Source of the DNA: Patescibacteria group bacterium
GTDB lineage: Bacteria > Patescibacteriota > Microgenomatia > Levybacterales > UBA12049
Assembly: GCA_038062115.1 (NCBI GenBank)
Contig: JBBTXS010000012.1
Coordinates: forward strand, 23,141 to 87,140
Length of the DNA: 64,000 nt
Direction of reading: 5' to 3'
Part shown: one piece after another, positions 37,455-46,841 of the stretch
Layout: the number at the start of each line of letters is the position of its first letter
How positions within the stretch are numbered: the first letter of the stretch is position 1
The notes under the pieces: model-generated
The model's input: the letters and a program-made list of their open reading frames with translations, nothing else
Told to the model about the DNA's origin: nothing
Databases searched by the model: none
Translations under genes and position numbers: made by a program

Positions 37455-38108
37455 ATGGCAAATTTAATTTTAGTTAGACACACAGAATCTGTGTGGAATA
37501 AAAAAGGGATTTGGACAGGATTAACAGACATACCTCTAAGTAAAAAAGGTAGAAAAGAAGCAAAAGACGTTGCAAATTTACTTAAGAACATGAAGCTAGA
37601 TATTGCTTATACTTCGGTTTTAAGTCGCGCAACAGAGACTCTTGGTATTATAAAAAATGTTTTGCATCTCGATTCTATCCTAATCGTAGGAAATAAAGCT
37701 TTAAATGAACGGGATTACGGAGAACTTACTGGTAAAAATAAATGGGAAATCAAAAAATTATACGGAGAACAAAAATTTCTTAACATAAGAAGAGGTTGGG
37801 ATTATCCAATTCCAAATGGCGAGACGTTAAAAGATGTTTATGAGCGAGTAATTCCCTATTATAAACGTGAAATTTTGCCAAAATTAAAGATGGGCAAAAA
37901 CGTTATTATTGTTGCACACGGAAATTCTTTAAGAGCTCTTGTTAAATATCTCGAAAATATTTCAGACGAAGATATTTCTAAAATAGAGATTGCAACTGGA
38001 GAAATTTATATATATAAGCTCGATAAAAAGGCCAACATTACCTCAAAGCAAATAAAAATTTATAAGCCTAACTTTCCAAATGAAACAAAACTACAAATTC
38101 ACCTTTAG
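37455..38108 (+). CDS. gpmA: Histidine-phosphatase-family phosphoglycerate mutase
   Basis: LILVRHTESVWNKKGIWTG (RHGE-type catalytic His motif) and a downstream AHGNSLRAL. Confidence 0.75.
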   Translation: MANLILVRHTESVWNKKGIWTGLTDIPLSKKGRKEAKDVANLLKNMKLDIAYTSVLSRATETLGIIKNVLHLDSILIVGNKALNERDYGELTGKNKWEIKKLYGEQKFLNIRRGWDYPIPNGETLKDVYERVIPYYKREILPKLKMGKNVIIVAHGNSLRALVKYLENISDEDISKIEIATGEIYIYKLDKKANITSKQIKIYKPNFPNETKLQIHL

Positions 38109-38778
38109 GCAAAACTTTACTAAAATGTTCAATGGATTCAGAAATTTTCTCTCGCCTTATTTCCTCATGGATTTTGGTAAGTTCGCGAGCTAAAACAATG
38201 TCAATGTTTCCAAAGGCTTCTTGTAACTCCTGTAAGGTCTTAAGCAGTTTGTGTGGAGCTTCAAATAGAATATAGGTTACTTTAATACTGCGCTGTATTA
38301 TAGTAAGTGACCGAAAAAGTTTTTTACGGCGACCTTCTTTGTTTAGCGGATATCCTAAGAATAAAAACTTGTCTGTTGGCAAACCAGAAACTACAAGTGC
38401 TGATATCAAAGAAGAAGGTCCTGGTATTGATTCTACTCTTATTCCATTCTTAATACACTCTCTAACTAGCTTAAATCCAGGATCAGAAATTGTTGGTGTA
38501 CCAGCATCAGAAACTAGAGCCACATCGAGTCCATTGCTTAGGGCATTTAGAACCTGAGGAATTCTTTTAAATTCATTCTGTTCGTAATATGAAAGAAGTG
38601 TTGGCTCAACTACATTTTGGGTACTTAGCTTATTTTCTCTAATGTATTTAAGAAGAAGTCCAGTATGCCTAGTGTCTTCGCACGCAATAATTTTTACTCT
38701 AGTTAATATATCTATTGCTCGTAAACTTAGATCTTGCAAGTTGCCAATTGGTGTTGCTACAATGTACAAAGTACCCAT
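38068..38778 (-). CDS. rsmI: 16S rRNA (cytidine1402-2'-O)-methyltransferase RsmI
   Basis: GTLYIVATPIGNLQDLSLRAIDIL...ACEDTRHT matches the N-terminus of the tetrapyrrole-methylase-family RsmI. Confidence 0.8.
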   Translation of the reverse strand: MGTLYIVATPIGNLQDLSLRAIDILTRVKIIACEDTRHTGLLLKYIRENKLSTQNVVEPTLLSYYEQNEFKRIPQVLNALSNGLDVALVSDAGTPTISDPGFKLVRECIKNGIRVESIPGPSSLISALVVSGLPTDKFLFLGYPLNKEGRRKKLFRSLTIIQRSIKVTYILFEAPHKLLKTLQELQEAFGNIDIVLARELTKIHEEIRREKISESIEHFSKVLPKGEFVVLFHLES

Positions 38779-38782
38779 GTAA

Positions 38783-39409
38783 TTATTTTTTAAAAAGCTT
38801 TAGGGATAAAGATAAAAGTTGTTTTCTGTTATTCTTTTCTTTTAACAGATGAATAGCTTGCGGCAGGAGTGACATAACAATAATTAATACAATTATTGGC
38901 AAAAGGTAACGATCTATATCTGGAATAATACTGCCTAAAAAATATCCTATAATAGGCAGTAAAACCGCCCACAAAAATCCTCCAATAACATTATACGTTA
39001 GAAATGTTTTGTAGTGCATATTGCCGATTCCAGCGACAATTGGCGCGAACGTTCGCACAATTGGCAGAAAACGAGCTAAAACAATAGTTTTTTTTCCATG
39101 CTTCTCGTAAAATCTTTGGGCTTTTATGAGATGGTCTGGATGAAACAAGAAAGACTCCTTCTTTCTAAATAATCTTCTTCCTAGTTTTCTCCCAATAGCA
39201 TATCCAGCACTATCTCCTAAGACCGCAGCAAAAAAACAAACAAGAACTAATGATTTAATTTCGAATGCTCCTTGTGAAGCAAGAACCCCGGCGGTAAAAA
39301 GAAGACTGTCTCCTGGAAGAAAAAAACCAAATAAAAGTCCAGACTCGGCAAAAATTATGGCAAATATTCCTAAAAGTCCAAGTGTAGGAAGGATGGTTTC
39401 TAAATGCAT
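38783..39409 (-). CDS. DedA-family membrane protein
   Basis: GLLFGFFLPGDSLLFTAGVLASQG is the DedA/SNARE-associated signature. Multi-TM. Confidence 0.7.
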   Translation of the reverse strand: MHLETILPTLGLLGIFAIIFAESGLLFGFFLPGDSLLFTAGVLASQGAFEIKSLVLVCFFAAVLGDSAGYAIGRKLGRRLFRKKESFLFHPDHLIKAQRFYEKHGKKTIVLARFLPIVRTFAPIVAGIGNMHYKTFLTYNVIGGFLWAVLLPIIGYFLGSIIPDIDRYLLPIIVLIIVMSLLPQAIHLLKEKNNRKQLLSLSLKLFKK

Positions 39410-39483
39410 AGAATTATATTATACATATTTTACAAATAGTTTTCATTGGAGCTTTAGCAAGACGAAGAATGTTATGGTAGAGG

Positions 39484-40110
39484 TTAAAAACGTCGTACCA
39501 ACCCTACAGCTTTTCCCTGCACTATCAAGGAGTTTGGATAAATAGGTTCCATTTCTGCATTGGCTGGTTTAAGAACGACTTTGCCGTTTTCTTTAAAAAA
39601 ACGTTTAAGTGTAGCTAGGTTATTATCTACAAGAGCAACAACAATGTCTCCATTTACTGCTTCTTCTGTTCTTTCAATAATCATATAATCGCCATCCAAA
39701 ATTCCATCTTCAATCATAGAATGTCCTTTTACCTGCAATACATAAGCAGTCTTTTTGCCAGAAAGCATACTAGCAGAAACTAAAAATGTTGCATTTGGAT
39801 CACTGTGTGGTTCTAATGGTTTTCCAGCGGCAATGTAGCCCATTAAAGGAAGAGTTATAGACGGTTGACTGCCCATTAATGCGTATGTAACTTTCTCGTC
39901 TATAATCTTTAATACTCTTTTATTGCCTTCTACTTTTTGAATATATCCTTTATCCACCAAACCGCCAATTAACGAATGGACTGTAGAATTGCTTTTGTGC
40001 CCGGTAGCAACTGCTATCTCTGTAAGAGTTGGAGAATATCCGTACTGTCTTTGGAATTGAGCTAAGTAGTCTAATACTTCTCTTTCTTTTTTGTATAAAA
40101 CTCCCGCCAT
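39484..40110 (-). CDS. lexA: LexA repressor (winged-helix domain plus S24 peptidase domain)
   Basis: N-terminal HTH (LTEIAVATGHKSNSTVHSLIGGL), an Ala-Gly cleavage site (AAGKP), and S24 Ser/Lys (KGHSM ... K). Confidence 0.8.
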   Translation of the reverse strand: MAGVLYKKEREVLDYLAQFQRQYGYSPTLTEIAVATGHKSNSTVHSLIGGLVDKGYIQKVEGNKRVLKIIDEKVTYALMGSQPSITLPLMGYIAAGKPLEPHSDPNATFLVSASMLSGKKTAYVLQVKGHSMIEDGILDGDYMIIERTEEAVNGDIVVALVDNNLATLKRFFKENGKVVLKPANAEMEPIYPNSLIVQGKAVGLVRRF

Positions 40111-40125
40111 ATACAATATTTTATA

Positions 40126-40136
40126 CGAAATATTCG
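40126..40136. promoter_or_regulatory. Palindrome CGAAATATTCG in the divergent lexA/uvrB intergenic region; candidate SOS operator
   Basis: A perfect dyad in the lexA promoter region, similar in spirit to CGAAC-N4-GTTCG LexA boxes. I have no other instances with which to build a motif. Confidence 0.25.
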
Positions 40137-40210
40137 AGAATTTTGTCAATAGGACAATCACGTACAAACTAGGTCAATTTTTGTAATCCTCATGTGTTAA
40201 AATAGTTTCT

Positions 40211-42196
40211 ATGAATTTTAAGCTTGTATCAAGTTTTAAACCAACCGGCGATCAGCCCCAAGCTATAGAAAAGTTGGTTAAAAATCTTAATAAAAATATA
40301 AGATACCAAGTGCTTTTAGGTGTTACAGGGAGCGGAAAGACTTTTACTATGGCAAACGTTATAAACATCGTCCAAAGACCAACGCTTGTAATTTCGCACA
40401 ATAAAACTTTGGCTGCCCAGCTATATCAAGAATTTAGGGACTTTTTTCCGCATAATGCAGTTTGCTACTTTGTTTCATACTACGATTATTATCAACCAGA
40501 AGCCTACATTCCCCAAAGCGATACTTATATAGAAAAGGAAGCAGAAATAAACGAAGAAATAGATAAATTGAGACTTTCGGCAACGGCAAACCTTTTAACT
40601 AGAAATGATGTTATAGTTGTTGCGTCAGTCTCGTGCATTTATAATTTGGGCTCCCCTATTGAATATGGAAAATTCATTTTGGAATTAAGAACTGGGGTTT
40701 CCATCAATCAAAAGTCAGTTTTGCTTCGATTAACAGATTTGCAATACGAAAGAAACGAGTATAATTTTAAGAGAGGAACTTTTAGAGTACGTGGCGAATC
40801 AATTGATTTATTTCCCAGCTATTCAGATAACGGAATTAGAATAGAAATATTTAACGGAAAAGTCAAACAACTTTTAGAGTTTAGTCCATTAACTGGAGAA
40901 ACAATATCCTCATTAAATGCCGTAGTAATATACCCTGCAAAACACTACATGACTGATCCAAAATCGTACAACAGCGTTTTTGAGCAGATTCGAAACGACC
41001 TGAAACTACAAGTTGAAAAATTTAAAAAACGAGGAAAATTTTTAGAAGCGCAAAGAATAGAAGACAGAACAAATTTCGATCTTGAGATGATTAGGGAAAC
41101 AGGTTATGTAAATGGAATCGAAAATTATTCTCGTTATTTTGACGGCAGAAATATAGGTGAGGCACCATATACACTTTTAGATTATTTCCGAGAATGCTCA
41201 AAAGATTTTTTGTGTATGATCGATGAATCGCACATGACAGTACCCCAACTAAGAGGCATGTACAATGGCGATCGCGCGCGAAAAGAAACATTAATTGAGT
41301 ATGGCTTTAGACTTCCATCTAGCTTAGACAACCGACCTCTTCGTTATATTGAGCTACTTGGAAGACTTAATCAAATAGTATTTGTTAGTGCAACACCTAG
41401 TGACTACGAAATTTCTTTATCTTTAGAAAAAAATGCGGTTGTTGAACAATTGGTTCGTCCAACCGGTCTTGTTGATCCAGAAGTTGTTGTGCGGCCAACT
41501 CAAGGCCAAATTCTAGACTTAATTTCCGAAATAGAAAAAAGAGTATCAAAAAAACAAAGAGTCTTAGTAACAACTCTTACAAAGCGTATGGCAGAAGAAT
41601 TATCATCGTATTTAGAAGAAAAAGGAATTAAAGTATCGTATCTTCATTCTGATATTCAAACTCTTAATCGTCAAGATGTGCTAGATAAACTAAGAAGTGG
41701 AGATTATGATGTTATTGTTGGAATTAACCTACTTCGCGAGGGTTTAGATTTACCCGAAGTTTCTCTTGTTGCAATTTTAGATGCCGACAAAGAAGGATTC
41801 TTGCGTAGCAAGACTTCTTTAGTACAAACAATGGGGAGAGCTGCTAGGCACATAGACTCAATGGTAATCATGTATGCAGATATTGTTACAAAATCAATGG
41901 AGTTTGCAATAAAAGAAGTAGAACGTCGCAGAAAAATTCAGATCAAATACAATAAAGAACACAACATAACGCCCCTTGGGATTAAAAAATCAATCCGCGC
42001 AAAATTGATTGAGCAGGATAATACAGAACGCGCAGATTTCCTGCAAGTTTTAGAAAGAAAAGAGATTTTATTGCCAGATGAAAAAGAAGTTCTTATTAAA
42101 AAATTGAGAAAAGAAATGATTTATGCAGCAAGGGATCTCGACTTTGAGAAAGCTGCAATTTTAAGGGATAGAATAAGGCTTCTTAAAAACCGCTGA
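40211..42196 (+). CDS. uvrB: Excinuclease ABC subunit B (UvrB)
   Basis: Walker A GVTGSGKT, helicase motifs, and the C-terminal UVR domain (ILRDRIRLLK). Confidence 0.95.
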   Translation: MNFKLVSSFKPTGDQPQAIEKLVKNLNKNIRYQVLLGVTGSGKTFTMANVINIVQRPTLVISHNKTLAAQLYQEFRDFFPHNAVCYFVSYYDYYQPEAYIPQSDTYIEKEAEINEEIDKLRLSATANLLTRNDVIVVASVSCIYNLGSPIEYGKFILELRTGVSINQKSVLLRLTDLQYERNEYNFKRGTFRVRGESIDLFPSYSDNGIRIEIFNGKVKQLLEFSPLTGETISSLNAVVIYPAKHYMTDPKSYNSVFEQIRNDLKLQVEKFKKRGKFLEAQRIEDRTNFDLEMIRETGYVNGIENYSRYFDGRNIGEAPYTLLDYFRECSKDFLCMIDESHMTVPQLRGMYNGDRARKETLIEYGFRLPSSLDNRPLRYIELLGRLNQIVFVSATPSDYEISLSLEKNAVVEQLVRPTGLVDPEVVVRPTQGQILDLISEIEKRVSKKQRVLVTTLTKRMAEELSSYLEEKGIKVSYLHSDIQTLNRQDVLDKLRSGDYDVIVGINLLREGLDLPEVSLVAILDADKEGFLRSKTSLVQTMGRAARHIDSMVIMYADIVTKSMEFAIKEVERRRKIQIKYNKEHNITPLGIKKSIRAKLIEQDNTERADFLQVLERKEILLPDEKEVLIKKLRKEMIYAARDLDFEKAAILRDRIRLLKNR

Positions 42197-42566
42197 TGTT
42201 TTTTATAAGTTCTATGTTCCCGACTTTGTTATTAATTCCCAAAGTGACGGCGACTGCATCAACTCTCATGCTATCTGGAAGATTTGGGTGAATCAATTTG
42301 TAAAATTGCGCTGCTTTTATAAGTGATTTTAGCTTCCATGGAGTGATTGCTTCAAGCGGACTGCCAAAGCTGTTAGATTTTCTTGTTTTCACTTCTATAA
42401 AAGCTAACACCTTTTCATGTTGGTTAGAAGAAGAGTCAATACCAATAATATCTATTTCTCCATAACCTTTTCTAAAATTTCGCTCGATTATTTTGAAGCC
42501 ATTTTTTTTAAGGAAGTTACACGCCTTATCTTCTCCCGCTTTCGCAGTTGGGTTTACTATTTTCAT
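42183..42566 (-). CDS. yraN: YraN-family (UPF0102) endonuclease
   Basis: GEDKACNFLKKNGFKIIERNFR...GEIDIIG...LAFIEVKTRK matches the family signature. Confidence 0.7.
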   Translation of the reverse strand: MKIVNPTAKAGEDKACNFLKKNGFKIIERNFRKGYGEIDIIGIDSSSNQHEKVLAFIEVKTRKSNSFGSPLEAITPWKLKSLIKAAQFYKLIHPNLPDSMRVDAVAVTLGINNKVGNIELIKNISGF

Positions 42567-42844
42567 TTAGTATTAAATAGATAGTAAAGCTTTGCTCTTT
42601 TTACTTTTTTCTTTGGATGTTCTTTAACTACGACTTTTTCAATATTCGGAGAAATAAATGGCCAAATTCTTTCAACCAAGACGTCTCTAACCAATTTTCT
42701 AACCCTAAAGCTCTTATTTTTCCCCCTACCCCTTATTCCCAAAACCGTTCCCTCAAAAACTTGAGTACGAGTCTTTTCTCCATCTTTGATCTTTTCAAAA
42801 ACCTTTACTATGTCTCCTGGGGCAAAATCAATCTGAGCTATCAT
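42563..42844 (-). CDS. rplS: 50S ribosomal protein L19
   Basis: FAPGDIVKVFEKIKDGEKTRTQVFEGTVLGIRGRG...RAKLYYL resembles L19. The ORF could extend to 42877, but that extension runs into the upstream repeat. Confidence 0.8.
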   Translation of the reverse strand: MIAQIDFAPGDIVKVFEKIKDGEKTRTQVFEGTVLGIRGRGKNKSFRVRKLVRDVLVERIWPFISPNIEKVVVKEHPKKKVKRAKLYYLFNTK

Positions 42845-42857
42845 AAACAGTATTGTG

Positions 42858-42965
42858 GCTGGGTCATAAATACCCATTTGTCATTCCGAGCGAGTGTAGC
42901 GAGTCGAGGAATCTCGTTGAAGGAGATTTCTCGGCAAGCTCGAAATGACAATTGTGACCCAGTCA
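42858..42965. repeat. Family A palindromic element with the extended terminal inverted repeat (c)tgggtcat...tgacccagtca; near-identical to 52151..52260
   Basis: Its core ttgtcattccgagcgagtgtagcgagtcgaggaatctcgttgaaggagatttctcggcaagctcgaaatgacaa differs by one base from the copy at 52.2 kb. Confidence 0.85.
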
Positions 42966-42998
42966 TAAACAGTATTATAGCAAATATTTACACCCATA

Positions 42999-43061
42999 TC
43001 ATGCTGAACTTGTTTCGGCATGAAGAGCAGGTTAGATCCTGAAATGAATTCAGGATGACAC
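42999..43061. repeat. Family B palindromic element (TCATGCTGAA...TTCAGGATGACAC); related to 61038..61089
   Basis: catgctgaacttgtttcggcatg hairpin plus atcctgaaatgaattcaggat hairpin, and a shared terminus ggatgacac. Confidence 0.7.
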
Positions 43062-44717
43062 ATTTTTGCACGCTTCAATAAAACCCAAAAATATTGGATG
43101 GGGAAGAAGAGGCTTGCTTTTGTACTCTGGATGGCCTTGTGTGCCTAAATAAAATGGATGCGTGCTATTTGGTAGTTCGATTATTTCTACAAGATTTTCT
43201 ATGACAGATCTAGCGGATATTACAAGACCAGCTTTTTCTAAATCTTTTGTATACCTTTCGTTAAATTCGTATCTGTGTCTGTGTCGCTCGTTTGTTAAGC
43301 CTTGAGAAATATTTATAAAACCACCGTATATTTCGTAAAGGCTAAATGTTCTTGTTTTAGGTTTAACAATTGCTTCCCATCCGCCCAGTCGCATAGTTCC
43401 ACCGTATGCTCTCCTTTTCATGATATTTTCTTGTTTTGGCATAAGATGTATAACTGGATGGGATGTTTTGGGATTATTCTCTGTGGTATCAGCGTCTTTC
43501 CAACCCAATACGTCGCGAGCGAAAGCAACAACTGCAAGCTGCATTCCATAGCAAAGCCCAAGATAAGGAATTTTATTAATCCTAGCGTAGGATGCAGCTT
43601 TAATCATTCCTTCAGCGCCTCGTTCTCCCCAACCTATAGGAACGATAATACCATCTGGACGTCCAAGTATACTTTCCAATTCTTCTTTATGAGATTCAAC
43701 CTTTTCTGCGTCTATCCAACGTGTTCTGACACTAACGTTCAACTGCCAGCTTGCGTGATCAATAGCGTCAAATAAAGCAGCATAAGAATCTCGAAGCTGA
43801 TAATCTCCAGTGCCAAAATATTTACCTAGAATTGCAATCTCTATGTGTTTCTTGTTGGTTTTCTTAATGCTAGATAATAAATTCTCCCAATCTTTAAGAT
43901 GAGGTGCTTTTACTTTTAAATGAAGTTTTTGCAATATTTTTTTGTCTAAATTTTGTTTATGCAGAATAAGTGGAATTTCATAAATAGAAGAAAGGTCTGG
44001 ATTAGAAATTATGTCTTCTTTATGCATATTGCAAAAAAGAGCAAATCTATCTCTTCTTCTTTGATCTAAATATTTTTCCGATCGTGCAATAATAAAATCT
44101 GGCTGAATTCCCATGGAATTTAAAGTTCTAACAGAAAGCTGAGTTGGTTTTGTTTTTGGTTCTCCAATGTGGGGCGGAGTTGGAACATAGCTTACGTGAA
44201 TATGTAAAACATCCCCTGGATTTTTAAGCGTTAATATTCTCGATGCTTCGTAGTAAAAAATATTTTGATATTCTCCTGCTGTTCCGCCTAGCTCTATAAT
44301 TACAAAGTCAGCGTTTTTTTTATGACCCAAAGTCACAATACGACGAATAATCTCATCAGTTATATGAGGTATAGCCTCAACATCTTCTCCGTTGTATTCA
44401 AAGCGCCTTTCACGATCAATAACGGTTTTGTAAATCTGCCCCATGGTAACAAAATTATCCCTCCCCATGGGCTCGCCCAAAAACTTTTCGTAACTTCCTA
44501 TATCCATATCAGACTCTGTTCCGTCTTCGCATAGGAAAGGATCACCATGCTCAATGGGATTAATAGTTCCAGCGTCCATATTAAGATAGTTTTCAAATTT
44601 AATTGGAGCGACTTTAAACCCTCTAGATTTAAGAAGAAGGGCAATTGAGGCAACTGTAGTACCTTTTCCTATTCCCGAAATAACACCACCTGAGACAAAG
44701 ATATATTTAGTGCGCAC
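43050..44717 (-). CDS. pyrG: CTP synthase
   Basis: N-terminal synthetase domain (FVSGGVISGIGKG) and a C-terminal GATase domain (GLCYGMQ). Confidence 0.95.
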   Translation of the reverse strand: MRTKYIFVSGGVISGIGKGTTVASIALLLKSRGFKVAPIKFENYLNMDAGTINPIEHGDPFLCEDGTESDMDIGSYEKFLGEPMGRDNFVTMGQIYKTVIDRERRFEYNGEDVEAIPHITDEIIRRIVTLGHKKNADFVIIELGGTAGEYQNIFYYEASRILTLKNPGDVLHIHVSYVPTPPHIGEPKTKPTQLSVRTLNSMGIQPDFIIARSEKYLDQRRRDRFALFCNMHKEDIISNPDLSSIYEIPLILHKQNLDKKILQKLHLKVKAPHLKDWENLLSSIKKTNKKHIEIAILGKYFGTGDYQLRDSYAALFDAIDHASWQLNVSVRTRWIDAEKVESHKEELESILGRPDGIIVPIGWGERGAEGMIKAASYARINKIPYLGLCYGMQLAVVAFARDVLGWKDADTTENNPKTSHPVIHLMPKQENIMKRRAYGGTMRLGGWEAIVKPKTRTFSLYEIYGGFINISQGLTNERHRHRYEFNERYTKDLEKAGLVISARSVIENLVEIIELPNSTHPFYLGTQGHPEYKSKPLLPHPIFLGFIEACKNVSS

Positions 44718-44777
44718 GATTTATATTAGCAAAACAAATAGTTGCCGTCAACTACTAAAACTTGTAGAATTACCTAA

Positions 44778-45062
44778 ATGCACAAGGCCATTCTACTACT
44801 TAGAAAAATTCCAAAAGGGAAAGTGTCAACGTATAAAGAGATGGCGAGAGTTTGCAAAACATCGCCCCGAGCTATTGGACAAATAATGTCAAAAAATCCC
44901 TATCCTATTAATTATCCATGCTACAAAGTAGTTGCAGCAAATGGAGAACTTCGCGGTTATAGTGGACGTGGCGGATTGGAGGCAAAGAAAAAACTTTTGG
45001 AAAAAGATGGAATAGAAGTTATAAACGGCAAAGTAGACAAAAAATATTTTTATAAATTTTGA
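44778..45062 (+). CDS. Stand-alone 94-aa Ogt/MGMT C-terminal DNA-binding-domain protein (ATL/Ogt-like)
   Basis: KVSTYKEMARVCKTSPRAIGQIMSKNPYPINYPCYKVV is the MGMT helix-turn-helix and active-site region. The Cys is retained (PCYKV versus canonical PCHRV). No N-terminal domain is present. Confidence 0.55.
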   Translation: MHKAILLLRKIPKGKVSTYKEMARVCKTSPRAIGQIMSKNPYPINYPCYKVVAANGELRGYSGRGGLEAKKKLLEKDGIEVINGKVDKKYFYKF

Positions 45063-45178
45063 ACAAAACTAAGATTTGGGGACGGTCATGAGAAAGATTG
45101 TTGTAGCACGCTGAAAATAAAACACTTTGATTTATCGCCCCTCCAGAGGCGGGCAGGCATCAACAGGATTATTTTTTG

Positions 45179-45250
45179 AGCCGTCAGTCGGACTTGAACC
45201 GACAACCTGTGGTTTACGATACCACTGCTCTACCATTGAGCTAAGACGGC
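45179..45250 (-). tRNA. tRNA-Thr (anticodon CGU)
   Basis: Reverse complement GCCGTCTTAGCTCAATGGTAGAGCAGTGGTATCGTAAACCACAGGTTGTCGGTTCAAGTCCGACTGACGGCT; anticodon loop ATCGTAA. Confidence 0.8.
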
Positions 45251-45277
45251 ATAATGTGTGGGATTATTCTATGAAAT

Positions 45278-45940
45278 TCAGGAAGAAAGCGCAAGGGATG
45301 CCCATGATGAAGGGTCTTTAAACCATAAATCAACACTTTTCTTTTGTTTATCGTTTAATACTTTATTTTTGTAGGATTGCTCTACAATTGTTTTTCCATC
45401 AGTTAAAGCAAAAAGAGTTATTTTATTGTTTTTTAAAAGATCATCTGACTCTTTTGTATCATAGGTTGTTGTTGCAACTGCATAAGAAACTTTTCCTCCT
45501 AATTCTCTAACAGTTTCTGCATTATTAACAATACTTGTTGCAGTTGAGACATGGTCTTCAATAATAACAAGTTTTGCACTTTTTTTTAAGTATCCTTCCA
45601 ACTTGTTTCCTTTTCCGTATGATTTTGTTGAGGGTCTGATATATACCATTGGCAAATCTAAAATTCCTGCAACCCATGAAGCTTGGGGGATTGCTGCGCT
45701 TGCGGTTCCTGAGATGTAGTCAATATTTGAAAGTCCGATTTTTTCCTTAATTATTTGAACATAGAACTCGACAATCTTACGGCGTACTGCTGGGTATGAC
45801 ATAACAATACGATTGTCCAAATATATTGGGCTTTTCATGCCTGTTGTGTAGGTAAAAGGAGGGTTAAATCGAAAAGAAACTGCATCTATTTTTAACAAAA
45901 GCTGTGCAGTCTTTTTGGCAATGTTTTTATTTACAATCAT
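45278..45940 (-). CDS. pyrE: Orotate phosphoribosyltransferase
   Basis: Type I PRTase PRPP-binding loop VIIEDHVSTATS, in operon context with pyrF and pyrD. Confidence 0.7.
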   Translation of the reverse strand: MIVNKNIAKKTAQLLLKIDAVSFRFNPPFTYTTGMKSPIYLDNRIVMSYPAVRRKIVEFYVQIIKEKIGLSNIDYISGTASAAIPQASWVAGILDLPMVYIRPSTKSYGKGNKLEGYLKKSAKLVIIEDHVSTATSIVNNAETVRELGGKVSYAVATTTYDTKESDDLLKNNKITLFALTDGKTIVEQSYKNKVLNDKQKKSVDLWFKDPSSWASLALSS

Positions 45941-45947
45941 GATTTGA

Positions 45948-46841
45948 TCAAGTTCGAAATTTATTAATAAGAACTTTTAATTTTACAGCTTCCTCTCGTG
46001 CTTTTTGAGCAAAATCTTCTTTTTTTGATGCATATATTATCTCACGACTCGTGTGAATTATCAGTCCAGACCTTTCTTTTGTCAGACCATTTTTTAGTGT
46101 TTTTTCAACATCCCCTCCTTGTGCGCCAATACCAGGAACTAAGAAGAAAATGTCAGGCGCGATATCTCGAATTTTTTTCAATTCTTCTTGCCATGTTGCG
46201 CCAACAACCAGAAGACAGTTTTGGTATTTTTTATTCCATTCAACAATTTTTTTTGCAACTTTTATATAAAGCGGTTCTAAAAAAAAATCCCTAGGTGTTC
46301 TATCTGATTCACCACCGAGGTGAGATCCTATTTGTATCTCGGTATCTTGTAGGTCTTTTGCACCAGAATTAGATGTTCTACAAAGAATGATAATTCCTTT
46401 ATTTTTCCATTTAAGGAACGGTTCAACCGAGTCATATCCCATGTATGGATTAACTGTTACTGCATCTGCATCCCAGTACTCAAACACAGCTTTTGCGTAC
46501 ATTTTGGAAGTGTTCGCAATATCAGCGCGTTTGGCATCTAAAATAACTGGAATTTCTGGGTGCTCTATTTTTAAATACGCAATTGTTTTTTTAAGAGATA
46601 GAAGTGTTTTTTCGCCATATGCTTCATAGAAAGCGGAGTTAAGTTTATAAGAGCAGATGAGATCGAATGTGTTGTCGATAATCAGCTTGTTGAAAGTAAA
46701 TACAGGATCATTTTCTTTTAGTAAGTGCTTGGGAATTTTCTCTAAATCTGTATCAAGACCAATGCAAAGAAGAGAATTATTTTTTTTTACAATTTTTTCT
46801 AGCTTTTGTTTAAAATTCATATTTAGTTTTCTCTTTTCCAA
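45948..46841 (-). CDS. pyrF: Orotidine 5'-phosphate decarboxylase (long type 2 form)
   Basis: LCIGLDTD...ILDAKRADIANT (DxKxxDI catalytic motif). Confidence 0.75.
   Translation of the reverse strand: MEKRKLNMNFKQKLEKIVKKNNSLLCIGLDTDLEKIPKHLLKENDPVFTFNKLIIDNTFDLICSYKLNSAFYEAYGEKTLLSLKKTIAYLKIEHPEIPVILDAKRADIANTSKMYAKAVFEYWDADAVTVNPYMGYDSVEPFLKWKNKGIIILCRTSNSGAKDLQDTEIQIGSHLGGESDRTPRDFFLEPLYIKVAKKIVEWNKKYQNCLLVVGATWQEELKKIRDIAPDIFFLVPGIGAQGGDVEKTLKNGLTKERSGLIIHTSREIIYASKKEDFAQKAREEAVKLKVLINKFRT

Noticed and set aside
45127-45321. 64-aa plus-strand ORF
   Set aside because: It overlaps tRNA-Thr on the opposite strand and is spurious.
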